Shown: positions 8,885 to 19,521 of the stretch, in pieces
Numbering within the stretch: position 1 is the stretch's first letter
Layout: each line of letters begins with the position of its first letter
Assembly (NCBI GenBank): GCA_963769935.1
Contig: CAVYNY010000010.1
Coordinates: 704,001-768,000, forward strand
Origin: an uncultured delta proteobacterium
GTDB lineage: Bacteria; Desulfobacterota; Desulfobacteria; Desulfobacterales; JAFDCJ01
Length of the DNA: 64,000 bases
Reading direction: 5' to 3'
Made by a program: the position numbers and the translations under genes
Notes under the pieces: generated by a model
Databases searched by the model: none
Seen by the model: the letters and a program-made list of their open reading frames with translations, nothing else
What the model was told of the DNA's origin: nothing

Positions 8885-9451
8885 ATGCAAATAACGACGC
8901 TGCTGGGTAGTGCCAAAAAGAAAGGAAACACCGCAACTGTTTTAAGTTGGGTTGAGAAGGAACTCGAATCGTCAGGCCATAATGTAGACCGTATCTACCT
9001 CAATAAAAAAACTATTAATGGTTGTCTGGGATGTGCCAAATGCAGGGAGACCCCAAATGAGATCGCCTGCGTCCAAAAAGATGATGCAATTGATATAATG
9101 GAACAAATGATATCATCCGATGCGGTCCTGTATGCTTCACCGATCTATTTTTGGGGATTTTCAGCCCAAATTAAGGCGCTTATCGACCGATGCTACTCCC
9201 TCGTCACAAACTACCATAAACCGGGACATTCTTCATTAATGAAAGGAAAACGCATCGGCCTGTTGGTCACCGGAGCAGACGCCTATGAGCATAATGCCGA
9301 AGGCCTGTTTACAACCTTCGATCGGATTGTGGACTATTTGTTGGCCCAAAAAACTGGTGAACTGTACGTAGGTGAATGCAGCGTGCCCTCCGAGTTACCG
9401 CAAGAAGCCAGGGATCAGGCCATAAAGCTGGCTCGATCCCTGGTGGGATGA
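8885..9451 (+). CDS. Flavodoxin-like / iron-sulfur flavoprotein (FMN_red family)
   Basis: GSAKKKGNT, CLGCAKC...C, ASPIYFWG..AQIKALIDR. Confidence 0.9.
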   Translation: MQITTLLGSAKKKGNTATVLSWVEKELESSGHNVDRIYLNKKTINGCLGCAKCRETPNEIACVQKDDAIDIMEQMISSDAVLYASPIYFWGFSAQIKALIDRCYSLVTNYHKPGHSSLMKGKRIGLLVTGADAYEHNAEGLFTTFDRIVDYLLAQKTGELYVGECSVPSELPQEARDQAIKLARSLVG

Positions 9452-9475
9452 TCATTCCATTCGCCTTTGCCAGGG

Positions 9476-9600
9476 TACTCTGCAGCTTGCGGCAGAGAGG
9501 AATGGCGAGGCGACCGCGCCGTAGCTCGTGAGAGCGAAGGCGGGTAAGGCTTCGGCGCAATTCCGCTCAAGAGACTCCGCAGCTTGCTGCGGGGAGTTTC
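9476..9600. repeat. REP-like element built from two CTCCGCAGCTTGCTGCGGGGAG-type palindromes
   Basis: CTCTGCAGCTTGCGGCAGAG and CTCCGCAGCTTGCTGCGGGGAG. Confidence 0.55.
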
Positions 9601-10237
9601 ATTGTAGTTTCCGGAATAACCAAAACATCGCGGCCCTTATCCCAACTTCAATTGATTTATTAATCTACCTGCCTGATGACGCCTCTGCAATCCAATTTTT
9701 TATCTTTTGAGTTCATTTCTGATTAGGTAAACAAAACCACATTGTGGTATTTTTTTCACATAGTTAAAGATATTTTTTCATAGTTTTAGGGGGTTCAAAT
9801 TACGTCGACTGATTTATGTTGCTGAAATTATATGTAATTTTAAAAACATACTCTAAATCATTACAATTGCATGATTTTTGCTTAAGGAAAAAGTAAATGA
9901 GATAAATTGATATCGATAGAAATACAATTGAATCATGCGAGTCTGGAACACTAATAAAGTTTGGCTATTAATCGGCCTGACCTATATCGGCTTTTATCTT
10001 TTTATTGGTTTTAAGGCCGTGGCCCATATGGTCGCTATTTTTCAAATAAAATTTTTCCCGCACAATCGCAGTCAACAAAATAAAGTTAAAAAAATTTTTC
10101 AGCAGTAAATAATATCAGATACCCTGAATCTTTTTTTTATCTTTGCATTAGAAATCATTTATCAATCGTTTCTATTTTATCTCCGATAAAGCGAGGTCAG
10201 GGAAACCAACCCTTATCTTAAAGATTGTTTAGAAGCC

Positions 10238-10450
10238 TTGGACTATGAATTTTTCAACTTATCTGAATGGGTGAAGGAAATGGAGAGGTCTGCAAATAGA
10301 ACAACCGGCATTAAATTTTTGATAAGGAAATTCAAGAATCAATTCAACATTCCAGAGAACCTCAATCACTATTCCGAAATGGACTATCAGAGAGCTGAAA
10401 AGAGATATGTGAAATACTGCCTGCAAAAAGGCAGATGCCTACTGAGGTAG
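10238..10450 (+). CDS. Small hypothetical protein
   Basis: 70-aa ORF; start uncertain. Confidence 0.5.
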   Translation: MDYEFFNLSEWVKEMERSANRTTGIKFLIRKFKNQFNIPENLNHYSEMDYQRAEKRYVKYCLQKGRCLLR

Positions 10451-10993
10451 TATTTTACTCAATAACAGTTTGCCGAGGGACAATTTCCATTTTCCTGGAA
10501 GGCAGGGCCCCTTCCGCATCATCCGTTGTCGCCCGGCATTATGATTAGCGGGGTGCCTATGTCTTTGTTTTTGAGCACTGCATTCAGCGACCTTTTAATT
10601 CCTAAATGGATATGTCTAGCACTCGCTTGGTTTATACTTGTAGCCGGACTTTCGAACCGGAAATATCCATTGTGGTTCGGGGCAACACTTATTATCATGT
10701 TTTCGGCAATCGTTTATGGTATTATTCAGCTCCGATAAGTCAAGCTACCCTGCATTTTTCACACAGAATTTGGACACAGTTGTGAACTGATTTCCATAAT
10801 ATACAGAAAGATGTTTCATAATCTGAACTATACAGGTGAATGCTTTTCACGTTTAATCTACTGTTATATCGCAACATTTTTCTGTTAAGTAAAATTGGCA
10901 CATTTGCTGCAGTTATTATTTACCTAAGATATTGCAAAGGGGAGTTCCAAAATTCAAATGCTTATATAAAAATAGATACTGAGAGGTTCAAAA

Positions 10994-11380
10994 ATGGCAA
11001 ACTCAGGTCAAATAGGAATTGGTGAAAACATCATTAAATCTACAAAATCGGAGATGCAGTTCCTGAAATCTATTCTTGACAAACTCGAGCTGCCATATGT
11101 TCTTGATAACGTCAGCTTTCACAACACACTATTGGATTTACACCGCATGAAAACTATCCACAACACCAATATATGGAAAGTTGAAAGGGATGGTAGTGTG
11201 AGTTTAAAAAACCGATTTGGTCATAATGGCCGGTTTTCCTATCGCTATCTTCGCATGCCGAACCTGATAGAGTTTCAATTCGTTGATCTGGACATTTTAA
11301 CAGAAGAGGAAACAGAGTTCTTAGGCTACCTGATTTATGAAGCTGAAACTATTCCTGCACTATCCATAAAAGCTGGATAA
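10994..11380 (+). CDS. Hypothetical protein
   Basis: 128-aa ORF with GAGAGG RBS in an AT-rich stretch. Confidence 0.6.
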   Translation: MANSGQIGIGENIIKSTKSEMQFLKSILDKLELPYVLDNVSFHNTLLDLHRMKTIHNTNIWKVERDGSVSLKNRFGHNGRFSYRYLRMPNLIEFQFVDLDILTEEETEFLGYLIYEAETIPALSIKAG

Positions 11381-11457
11381 GATTGAATTGTGACTTTTAA
11401 AAATATATAAATGACTTACCCAATGTATACTCAATTGCGTTAGGCAAAGAGGCCAGT

Positions 11458-11694
11458 ATGAAATCCGCGTCTCCTTGGGTTTATTTCAATGATGATGAGG
11501 TTGAGCTAAGACAGATTATTATCCACTGTGGCAGCAAAAGAAACCAGAGAAAGTTTACCGTCAGCGAGGCGGAGAGTCAGGGTTTAATCAAAGTTGAATC
11601 AGAACCTAATACTCTGGGCGGTGATAGATTCTCAAAAGCAATTGTGATTTTAAAAAAGGACGTTAGACTTTGTCTTTCAACGAAAACTCTTTGA
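11458..11694 (+). CDS. Hypothetical protein
   Basis: 78-aa ORF with AGAGG RBS. Confidence 0.5.
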   Translation: MKSASPWVYFNDDEVELRQIIIHCGSKRNQRKFTVSEAESQGLIKVESEPNTLGGDRFSKAIVILKKDVRLCLSTKTL

Positions 11695-11775
11695 TTAATT
11701 GATATTCATCATGAGAGGCGGCTGTGGTTATTCTTTCAATAGTCGCTTTTCTTTTTTTTCCGATGGAGATTTATT

Positions 11776-12115
11776 ATGCGAATTGCTGTTTTTGGAGCAG
11801 GTTCCGTAGGCGGGTACTTCGGAGGGCGGTTGGCGATAGCCGGGGAAGATGTCATTTTTATTGCCCGTGGAGAGCATTTGAATGCGATGCTGACTCATGG
11901 TCTGCAAAATGACTCTCTATGATGGGCTTGTGCCGCAGTCAACCGCCTCATTGCAGCGTGACGTTATGAAGGAGCGCCCTCCAGAGTTGGAAGCACAGAT
12001 TGGTGTGGTGGTGCACTTTGGGCAGGAATCTGATGTGGCAACCCCGCTGCACACATTTATCTACCACAGTTTGCTGCCCATGGAATTACGAGCACGGAGG
12101 TCAACTTCAGTTTGA
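11776..12115 (+). pseudogene. panE: Internally deleted 2-dehydropantoate 2-reductase remnant
   Basis: ATG 11776 reads MRIAVFGAGSVGGYFGGRLAIAGEDVIFIARGEHL (PanE N-terminus), joined out of frame to TASLQRDV..RPPELEAQIG...ATPLH (PanE C-terminus). Confidence 0.8.
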
Positions 12116-12172
12116 TGGGTGAAGTCAATGCCCGGCCCACCGGGACAGGATTCTTGACCTTCCTTTGCCAGG

Positions 12173-12466
12173 TTATCCACCACCGCTGATTTTCCATGCT
12201 TTGTATTTGATGAGATCCTTCTCCAAAAAATACAAAGATAAGCCCAGAATAGCCGCGTCATCGATCTGGCCGAGGCCGAAAATATAATCCGGTATCAGGT
12301 CGATTGGGCTTATTATGTATGCCAGGGCGACTATGAATATGACAATCGATTTGGCTGAAACATCCCTGTAGGTTCCTTGCCAGTAGTCTTTGATCAGGGG
12401 GAACAGCAGTTTGAGATCCTGAAATAGCCGGGCTAAAAGACCGAATCTGACATTGTTTCGCGGCAT
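12173..12466 (-). CDS. YkvA/DUF1232 family membrane protein
   Basis: ALAYIISPIDLIPDYIFGLGQIDD. Confidence 0.9.
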   Translation of the reverse strand: MPRNNVRFGLLARLFQDLKLLFPLIKDYWQGTYRDVSAKSIVIFIVALAYIISPIDLIPDYIFGLGQIDDAAILGLSLYFLEKDLIKYKAWKISGGG

Positions 12467-12695
12467 GTTGAATTCTATTGCTTTAGCCTGTTGATTCCGG
12501 TTCCGCAGGGCGGACCATTTTAAAGATCATCGTACCGAATATGCCCAGAAGGTGCCGATAGCTAGTGGGCTGCGGTTATCGGTATCGTCAAAACCAAACA
12601 ACAATCCGTCCTCAATTTCGAATTTAGCACCGCATTCCGGGCAGCCGATCTCGTTGCGCCCGAATCCAACGCATCGGTTCAGGCAGAACGGGCAT

Positions 12696-13799
12696 TTAAA
12701 TAAAAGCGACCATTTTCTGCCGCCCCTCATCCCACATTTTCAGTCGAATGCAAGAAAGGCTTTTGACGATTGTAAGCGGCGTTTTTCCTTGCAGCGCCGG
12801 AACGGCATCGTAACACTTCTTCAGACGGTAATTGGGGATTCGAGGGCTCAAATGGTGGACATGGTGATAACCGATGTTACTGGAAAACCACCGCAGCAAA
12901 GCAGGCAATTTGTAAAATGAACAGCCTTCCATGGCGGCGCGCAGTGGCTCCCATTCGCCTTTGTGTGCCCAATATCCCCCAGGGAACTGATGCTGCACGA
13001 AAAACAGCCAAATTCCCGCCGCCCCTGCAAAACACAGCACCGGAAACTGGATCAGCAGGTACGTTCGCCATCCAATAAACCGATCGGCAACCAAAACCAT
13101 GACGACGATCAGCAGGTTGGTGAAAAGAACGCTCGTTCGTTCTTTGCGCTTCACCCATCGCGTCGGCAGACGGTTTCTGAGCAGAAACATGAACAGCGCA
13201 CCGAGTCCCAGCATCACCACGGGATTGCGGTAAAGCCTGTACTGCAGACGTTTCTTCTCCGATGCGTTCTCATATTCCGTGCTTGTCATGGTCCAGATAT
13301 CGCCGAATCCCCGCGCATCAAGGTTGGCGTAAGTCACGTGGTGTCGAAGGTGGGCGAAGCGCCAGTCTTCAAAGGGAGTGAACACCATCACCCCGAGAAG
13401 GTAGCCGAAGAATGTGTTGACGCCCTGCCACCTGAAGAACGAACCGTGCACACAGTCGTGAAATAAAATGAATAACCGGACCATGAAAGCGGCGGCAGGC
13501 AAGGCGATAATCAGAGTCAACGCGTAAGAATAGCCGAGCTGAATAGAGCGGATCATCAGATACCATAGGCCGCAGTAAGGGACTATCGTGTTTATCAACT
13601 GCCAGATGGCTTTCCGGTGGTCGGAATTTCGGAAAGTTGCCAGCAGCGGGTACCAATCGGGCCAAATGCGTCCTGGACTTTTACTTTTTGCATTGCTTGG
13701 GTCCATGCCCGATTCATGCGCGACCATTTTCAAACCTCCGCCTAGCTGTTCCTCCCTTCGAGGCTTGGCTTCGCTATGCCGGGGCATTTTCTCGTTCAA
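12696..13799 (-). CDS. Membrane fatty-acid desaturase (B. subtilis Des-like); start uncertain
   Basis: Three His boxes HDCVH, HLRHH, HHVHH; VQHQF; IPNYRL. Confidence 0.92.
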   Translation of the reverse strand: MNEKMPRHSEAKPRREEQLGGGLKMVAHESGMDPSNAKSKSPGRIWPDWYPLLATFRNSDHRKAIWQLINTIVPYCGLWYLMIRSIQLGYSYALTLIIALPAAAFMVRLFILFHDCVHGSFFRWQGVNTFFGYLLGVMVFTPFEDWRFAHLRHHVTYANLDARGFGDIWTMTSTEYENASEKKRLQYRLYRNPVVMLGLGALFMFLLRNRLPTRWVKRKERTSVLFTNLLIVVMVLVADRFIGWRTYLLIQFPVLCFAGAAGIWLFFVQHQFPGGYWAHKGEWEPLRAAMEGCSFYKLPALLRWFSSNIGYHHVHHLSPRIPNYRLKKCYDAVPALQGKTPLTIVKSLSCIRLKMWDEGRQKMVAFI

Positions 13800-13883
13800 A
13801 GGGGTTAACGAAAAGCAGCCGCTCCGTATATTTATTGCTTTTCAATGCAGGCTAAAATCAAAAAATAAACCCTTACGACCCTA

Positions 13884-14273
13884 TCACGCCTTCACATAAA
13901 CACCTTTCCGGATGCTCTTAATTTTTCCCTGTTTGCCAAGTCGGTAAACCATGTTGGCGACCTTTTTGCTGTCATAGCCGGTTTTTTTCATTATCGTTGC
14001 GGTATCAGCGCCTTGTTCGGATTCGCTGATTATTTTGAGCACCGTTTCACCGGCTGTCGGTGCCGCAGCAGCTTTCTTCACCGGTGCCTTGGCGGCTGGT
14101 TTTCCGGCTTTTTTCGATTTAGCTGCGGCGGGTGCAGGCTTTTTGCCTTTCGGCTTCTCCGCAGTTTGTGATTTGGCAATCTCGTCAACCTTGTCGGAGA
14201 CAGCTTCAATACCTTGAGCAATCATTTTCAGGCCGTCGGACACTATTTTAAGCAGACTCTGGATTTCCTTCAT
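13884..14273 (-). CDS. Basic nucleoid-like DNA-binding protein (coiled coil, K/A/P-rich linker, winged HTH)
   Basis: KPAPAAAKSKKAGKPAAKAPVKKAA linker; C-terminal VYRLGKQGKIKSIRKGVY; AAGGAG RBS. Confidence 0.75.
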   Translation of the reverse strand: MKEIQSLLKIVSDGLKMIAQGIEAVSDKVDEIAKSQTAEKPKGKKPAPAAAKSKKAGKPAAKAPVKKAAAAPTAGETVLKIISESEQGADTATIMKKTGYDSKKVANMVYRLGKQGKIKSIRKGVYVKA

Positions 14274-14360
14274 TTTCAAACTCCTTATTCGATGTCAATT
14301 TGATTGTTGCCTGTATAGTAAATCCCAAAAAGAAAAATTTTTGTCAAGGAAATAAAGCAG
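14249..14360. repeat. 112-bp duplicated segment, copy 1 (5' end and upstream region of the nucleoid-like gene)
   Basis: Ungapped alignment to 15991-16102. Confidence 0.85.
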
Positions 14361-14421
14361 TTCTGTGCAGACGAAAATAGCTTTACCTAAGACGGATGAA
14401 GCTCGCCCCTACTCACCAGGT

Positions 14422-14497
14422 TAAGCAACGTATCGTAGGGGCGGATTTGCGTCCGCCCGAATCGGCTGCAAGTACCCGAAAATCGATCAATTCAGGT
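14422..14497 (+). repeat. GTAG-type REP-containing element, copy 1
   Basis: TAAGCAACGTATCGTAGGGGCGG...TCAATTCAGGT; matches 51831-51907. Confidence 0.75.
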
Positions 14498-14650
14498 GTT
14501 AAAAAAGGCGGCTATTACTCTTTCGATGTGCTTCCTTTTGAATTGGTCGACATTTATGTGAATTTCTGAGATGGTCTCTTTTAAATTTGATCAAGGGTCT
14601 TTGAAGCTTTCGGTGCCACATTTTTTCAACCAAAAAACTTGGCGAAAGTC

Positions 14651-14880
14651 ATGAAAAGCTCTTCCCGAAAGACTTTCAAGCAACTGGGGACAGTTTTTTT
14701 CCTATCAGCCGCCCTCTTTTTCATTCTGCTGTTATTCTCTACTCTTTCCAATGCCGGTCAATTCAAATTTGTCCGAGCCACAAATGGCTATATCATCACA
14801 GTTAAAAATAGCGGTAAAACGAGCACACGTACCTGGTTGGAACCGATGCCCTAAAAGCATCCAAAAAGAAAATGAAAATT
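14651..14880 (+). pseudogene. Possible degraded thermonuclease (SNase-like) fragment
   Basis: Signal-like peptide, AGQFKFVRATNG..ITV, then in a shifted frame LVGTDA, resembling the SNase V.DGDT...RL.GIDAPE motif. Confidence 0.35.
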
Positions 14881-14949
14881 CGATCAGAAAGGGAAAGGAC
14901 AGGTGAAAACTGATATTAGAATTCGGAAACCAGAAAGTGGAGGTGTAAA

Positions 14950-15386
14950 ATGAAATCATCGGCAACCGCATTGCATATTTCTGTTATTGCTTTGTTGGCC
15001 AACGGCTGCGCGACAACCGGACCCACATATTCGGAAATGCAAAGCACAATGGCAAGACAAAATTCTGAGATCGGCAGAATCTTCATTTACCGACCAAGCG
15101 CTGCTGGCGCGGCGGTTCAGCCCGCAGTCTATCTTAAGGATGAGGAAGTTGGGAAATCAGTTCCTTACGGCTTTTTTTATATTGACCGCGCACCTGGCAA
15201 TTATGAGATAAAGACATCCACTGAAGTCAAACGAACGTTATCACTTAAATGGATCCAGGAGAAACCTCTTATGTCCGTTTGAACATATCCTTTGGTTTTT
15301 TCGTCGGCCATGTTTTCCCCGAACTTGTGGAGAAAGATGTCGGGAAATCCGAGATAAAGGATTGCCACTATTCAGGCCAACCATAA
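14950..15386 (+). CDS. DUF2846-like lipoprotein with one frameshift near 15250
   Basis: Lipobox ANGC, GRIFIYRP, GFFYIDRAPGNYEI; continues in another frame as YVRLNISFGFFVGHVFPELV...CHYSGQP*. Confidence 0.8.
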
Positions 15387-15703
15387 TTATAACCCAATGC
15401 TGTCTTTTCTATTTCCAAACCCGCGATTGGTGAGGCTATAATTCTGGGGAGAATCTAAATTTTTGTGGTTTCATCTACGTATCTGAATTTTTTTACCAGC
15501 TATCTCAAGCTTTCCAATCAAAAAGATCATGCCATTTGGCGCTTTTGAGCGATAGGGTTAGCCTGCTTTATGGTCTTTTTTTAGATTATCAATTATATTT
15601 TCCAAAATTTAGGATTAATGTGGAGGAATTCAGATTAAAGAGCTTCGAGGAAGATATTATGATCAAACGCAGCCCCCTGTTTCAATCATCAAATTAAAGA
15701 TGT

Positions 15704-15976
15704 TTATGATTTCATAATACCATATTTCAGCAAATTGGATTTTATATAAGGCCAATGCAGGACCATATGCGCTGCTATCACAATCATGAATATCAGGGCA
15801 GTCCATTCATGAAACGCAATGAAAAAGTGTCTGAGAGAAACCAAAATACTGCCCCGGGCTTCATATCCTTTGGGCAGCACAAACCAATTCAGCAGCCCGG
15901 TAACGCATAAAATCAAAAAAAGGATTAAAGATATTACATTGACAATCCATAGCTTTGAAGATCTTCCAGCAGCCAT
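15704..15976 (-). CDS. DUF4405-family small membrane protein
   Basis: VTGLLNWFVLP, HEWTALIF..IAAHMVLHWPYI. Confidence 0.8.
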   Translation of the reverse strand: MAAGRSSKLWIVNVISLILFLILCVTGLLNWFVLPKGYEARGSILVSLRHFFIAFHEWTALIFMIVIAAHMVLHWPYIKSNLLKYGIMKS

Positions 15977-15990
15977 TTGCTATCCTTCAA

Positions 15991-16102
15991 TAAGAAGACT
16001 TTGGATCTCCTTCATTTTCAATCTATTTATTGGATGTCATTTCGATTGCTTCCTGTCTACCAATTCCCAGAAAGAAAAATTTTTGTCAAGGAAATTAGGC
16101 AG
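15991..16102. repeat. 112-bp duplicated segment, copy 2
   Basis: Aligns to 14249-14360; minus strand encodes MKEIQSLLIEG*. Confidence 0.85.
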
Positions 16103-16520
16103 CTGGAAATTTGGTGGAATTTTCCCTTATGCCACAAGGCAATCGTCTAAAAATGTATCCTTTTGAAATACTTGGCATTTTTTGGTATATTTGCCATTGA
16201 AGCTCTGATGCTGAAGGGGGATTGCCCGTGAAGAAGCAAAATGGAAATAAAAGTCAGGCGGCAATGGATGGGATGACCAATGGCAATTGAACACCCGGAC
16301 CATATCAGCCAGGGAATACGGCTCAGGGATATTGGTCTTTTGCCTGTGGTCCTTTTCTCTGTTTTTTTGTCACCTTGAGCGTGCTGAATAAACTGCTCAA
16401 CCGCTCAATCCTCGGGCCGATCGAAAATATTCTCTCCGTCGTGACCCAAATCAAAGATGGGGAACTCAATTGCGGTTTGGTAGCTGCAACTTACTGCCCA
16501 TTGAATCCAACATTACCGAG

Positions 16521-16589
16521 GTAGGGTGGGCATTGCCCACCGTTAACCATCGAGACAGGCGCTATTTGGTGGGCGATGCCCCACCCTAC
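16521..16589. repeat. Inverted pair of GTAG-type REPs
   Basis: GTAGGGTGGGCATTGCCCACC...GGTGGGCGATGCCCCACCCTAC. Confidence 0.85.
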
Positions 16590-16782
16590 GATTTAGAATT
16601 TTCGCAACGTTAAGAAAAATATTAATAATCGGTACCATCTCTCGGCGAACCCTACTAGAAAGAGGAAATGACGCGAGGAGCCTCCTCCTAAGGGATATTG
16701 CGCTTAATTTAAAAGCATTGTAGTCAAAGCGAAAAGTAGACTCTATCTAGTATCCCGGCCTCATTCCAAAAATAATTGCCAA

Positions 16783-17979
16783 CTATTCGAATACCTCAGC
16801 CCCTGTCGGTTCGACATGGGTCGTCTCATTCATATCCTGCCGGAATTTGGATAATTCATAATACATTCTCAGGCGGGCGCGGTTCTGATTGCCGAGCGGT
16901 CGATGTTCCGGCAGGCAGTGCCAGGGGTTCATTTTCAGCCGCTTGGCAAAGGCAAACTGGGCTTCGGAATCAAACTTCTGCTGTGGGATGTGTACGGTAG
17001 CCGCCGGAATAAAGGGTGACAGTTTTTCCGGCCAGCGCACCGCGGCGTTTTCGATCGGCATTAAAAACGGATCCGTCTGGACTTGAATCAGAAGATCAAA
17101 TTCCACATCTTTCCGATTCAGGGTTTTGATCATGTTTTCCCGTAAATAATTGAATGAGACCCGACCGAAGGGCACTCCGGGCACCCTGGTATCGACTTTT
17201 GTTTTCGGCCGGAACGAATACATCATGGCCTGGCCTTCACCGAGCAGATAGGGGGTGCAGCTCCAGTAGCGCTGTCCCAGCGGGTTGTACTGGGTTTCAT
17301 TCCACAGACTCTGCATCAGCGCATCGAGAAGGTGCGTATCCTTGGGGTTTACGAAGTAGTACAGCGCCATCTCCAGCAGGCTCCAGTACTGCAGTTTGGC
17401 ATTTTCCCGCGTGTTGGGCGTGACAAAGGTCGGAGTGCAGATAGTGATGAAATCCTGGGTGAATTTCTCCTCGTCCATGAGTTTTTCACCGGGTACATCC
17501 ATGAGTTTGACGGCCATGCTGGCAAAACCGACATCCCGAATATCGGCCGGAACATCCGGGCCGGGGCCGGAGTATCGCACATAGGCCGGGTAACTTCGCG
17601 GGTTGGCGAATATTCCCCTGCGGCAGCTTTCGGGCAGGTCGTCTCGAATGGTCACGGTCGCCCGCAGGATGCCGTGCGTTTTTGTGTTCCCGCCGCGTTC
17701 ATAGGCGCCGGGTTTGAAATGCCCGCGCATCTGGTCGGCCATGAGGTCGATGATTGCATCCAGGCTTTCCTTTTCATCGGGATCTGCTTTTTCCTCGGCC
17801 AGCTGCAGGCCTTCATCCCTGCGCCGCAGGTTAATGAGGTACTGAATGACCCTGGCGATGGGTTCCCGGAACAGCCGGTTCCACTGCGGGCGAAACAGCG
17901 GTTCGAGCCGGCGCTCGATATGCAGCAATTCCATGAGAATATCATGAATGAATTTCAGCAGTCGCATCTTGATGTTCAT
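16783..17979 (-). CDS. Catalase-related (catalase-fold) heme protein
   Basis: YPAYVRYS, YWSCTPYLLG, MPIENAAVRW, NPWHCLPEHRPLG..NRAR..MY (proximal Tyr). Confidence 0.85.
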   Translation of the reverse strand: MNIKMRLLKFIHDILMELLHIERRLEPLFRPQWNRLFREPIARVIQYLINLRRRDEGLQLAEEKADPDEKESLDAIIDLMADQMRGHFKPGAYERGGNTKTHGILRATVTIRDDLPESCRRGIFANPRSYPAYVRYSGPGPDVPADIRDVGFASMAVKLMDVPGEKLMDEEKFTQDFITICTPTFVTPNTRENAKLQYWSLLEMALYYFVNPKDTHLLDALMQSLWNETQYNPLGQRYWSCTPYLLGEGQAMMYSFRPKTKVDTRVPGVPFGRVSFNYLRENMIKTLNRKDVEFDLLIQVQTDPFLMPIENAAVRWPEKLSPFIPAATVHIPQQKFDSEAQFAFAKRLKMNPWHCLPEHRPLGNQNRARLRMYYELSKFRQDMNETTHVEPTGAEVFE

Positions 17980-19507
17980 GGCGTGTTGCCGCCTTCGTTG
18001 TTGGATGATGCAGCAATGAACTGCAGGGCCCGCAGTCCGGGCATGAAAAAATAACCGCCGCCGCGCACCATTACAAACTGCGGCAGACAGCAGGTTTTGT
18101 GCATGGGACCGCTCGGGTCGGGTCGATTGAAATTATCGGTTGCCTCACCCTGCAGCAACGGCTCGCGAATTCCAAACAACGGATCCCTTTCCTGCTGGAC
18201 ACCGCCGAAAGTACTGCTCATCGACCAGGCGTTCTGGATAAATTCAAACTGCCGCGAGATACTGGCAGCCAGAGCGATAAACTGCAGGCCATGCTCGGCC
18301 AGCCGGCGCATCGGGTTTGACGGCCTCTTCCGGTGCCAGCAGGGGCCCGTAGCTGCGGCCGCGCCGCAGCAGGCGATGGAAGCGGGTGGAGGCGATCAGA
18401 TCTTCATCCGGTCGACTTTGTCCAAAACCGAGCATCTTGATCAACCGGGTGACAAGGCCGGTCGCGCCGGGCGGCAAATCACCGGTGCGCGGGTTGGCCC
18501 TGCGAATATGGGCGCCGAGCGGGCATCGATGGCCGCCGGGGTCGAGTTCGTAGGTAAAATGGTTGACGTCGTCCTCCGGTGGGATGCCGGGAATCGGTTT
18601 GGCAGCCAGGGGTGCCAGCGGCGAACCGCTGCGTTGTCTGCCCACCATGCTCGCGGCAAGCTGTTCGCGTTTTTCGGGGTCGGCGCCGGCTGGCCTGGTC
18701 GACGAACTGCCAGAAGCCGGTAACATCCTGGTGCAGCTGCCGGATGACAAGGTAGGACCCGTTGCGTCCGAGATCTTTTAATGCAGGCGTCTTCCTGCGC
18801 GTTCGGCAGGCGCGAGGCGAGCCGGTCTTCCAGCGGATCGATGAGCGGTCTGGTGGTGATACAGTCCGTATTCGTTGGGGTAGCCGAGCACGAATTCACC
18901 GGGGGCCACCCGGTTGGAAAAGCGGTCGCGTGCGTGCGGATCCGTGCTTTGCCGCTGGGCCCAGTCTATTTGCGGCTGACTGATGCCATCGGCGAATCCA
19001 AACGGCTCGATGCTCCCGATATCCTGGGTCGGCAGGATCTGCAGCAGTTGAAAGGCCTTGGAAAACCATTGGTCGGCCACGGTTTTTTTCCAGGCTTCGA
19101 CACCGTCTTTTCCGGCATAAAGCAACAACAGCACATGCGGCACCCGGCCCGGTTCTCCGCCCCACTCCCAGTGCTGCGGGGCATTGCGGCCCACGTCGCC
19201 CAGACGGCGGGAGCGGCTTTCATCGCCGGACATGCCGGTGATGAACTCATCGGAAAAACCCTCGATAATGGATTCCTTGAGCCCCAGTGCCCGCAGCCCT
19301 TCCACTGAAAAAGCAATCTGCAGGGCTGTGTCGGGCGGTCGGGCTCTTGGCGCCGGCGCTGCTGACCGGAGCCGTGGCCAGCCACTTTCCGGCAGCCGCC
19401 GCATCCGCAATATTGAGCAACATGAAACAGGTGTCGGTTAATTTGCCGTGGCCGAAGCGTAAAAGGGCCTGCAGATCGTCAAATTCAAAGTCGCTGGCAT
19501 CATTCAT
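17976..19507 (-). CDS. DyP-type peroxidase, split by several frameshifts
   Basis: EPFGFADGISQP, MVGR.RSG.PL, CPLGAHIRRANPR, RLLRRGRSYG, GLQFIAL..SISRQFEFIQNAW across frames; ATGA overlap with the next gene. Confidence 0.85.
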
Positions 19508-19521
19508 TGCCACTCTCCTGC

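Noticed and set aside
12527..12730. Zinc-ribbon ORF (CPFC...CPEC)
   Set aside because: Overlaps the desaturase end and has no clear start or RBS; at most a fragment
16264..16500. HAMP-domain-like fragment (LNRSILGPIENILSVVTQIKDGELN)
   Set aside because: Too short and broken to call; possibly a sensor-gene remnant cut by the REP pair
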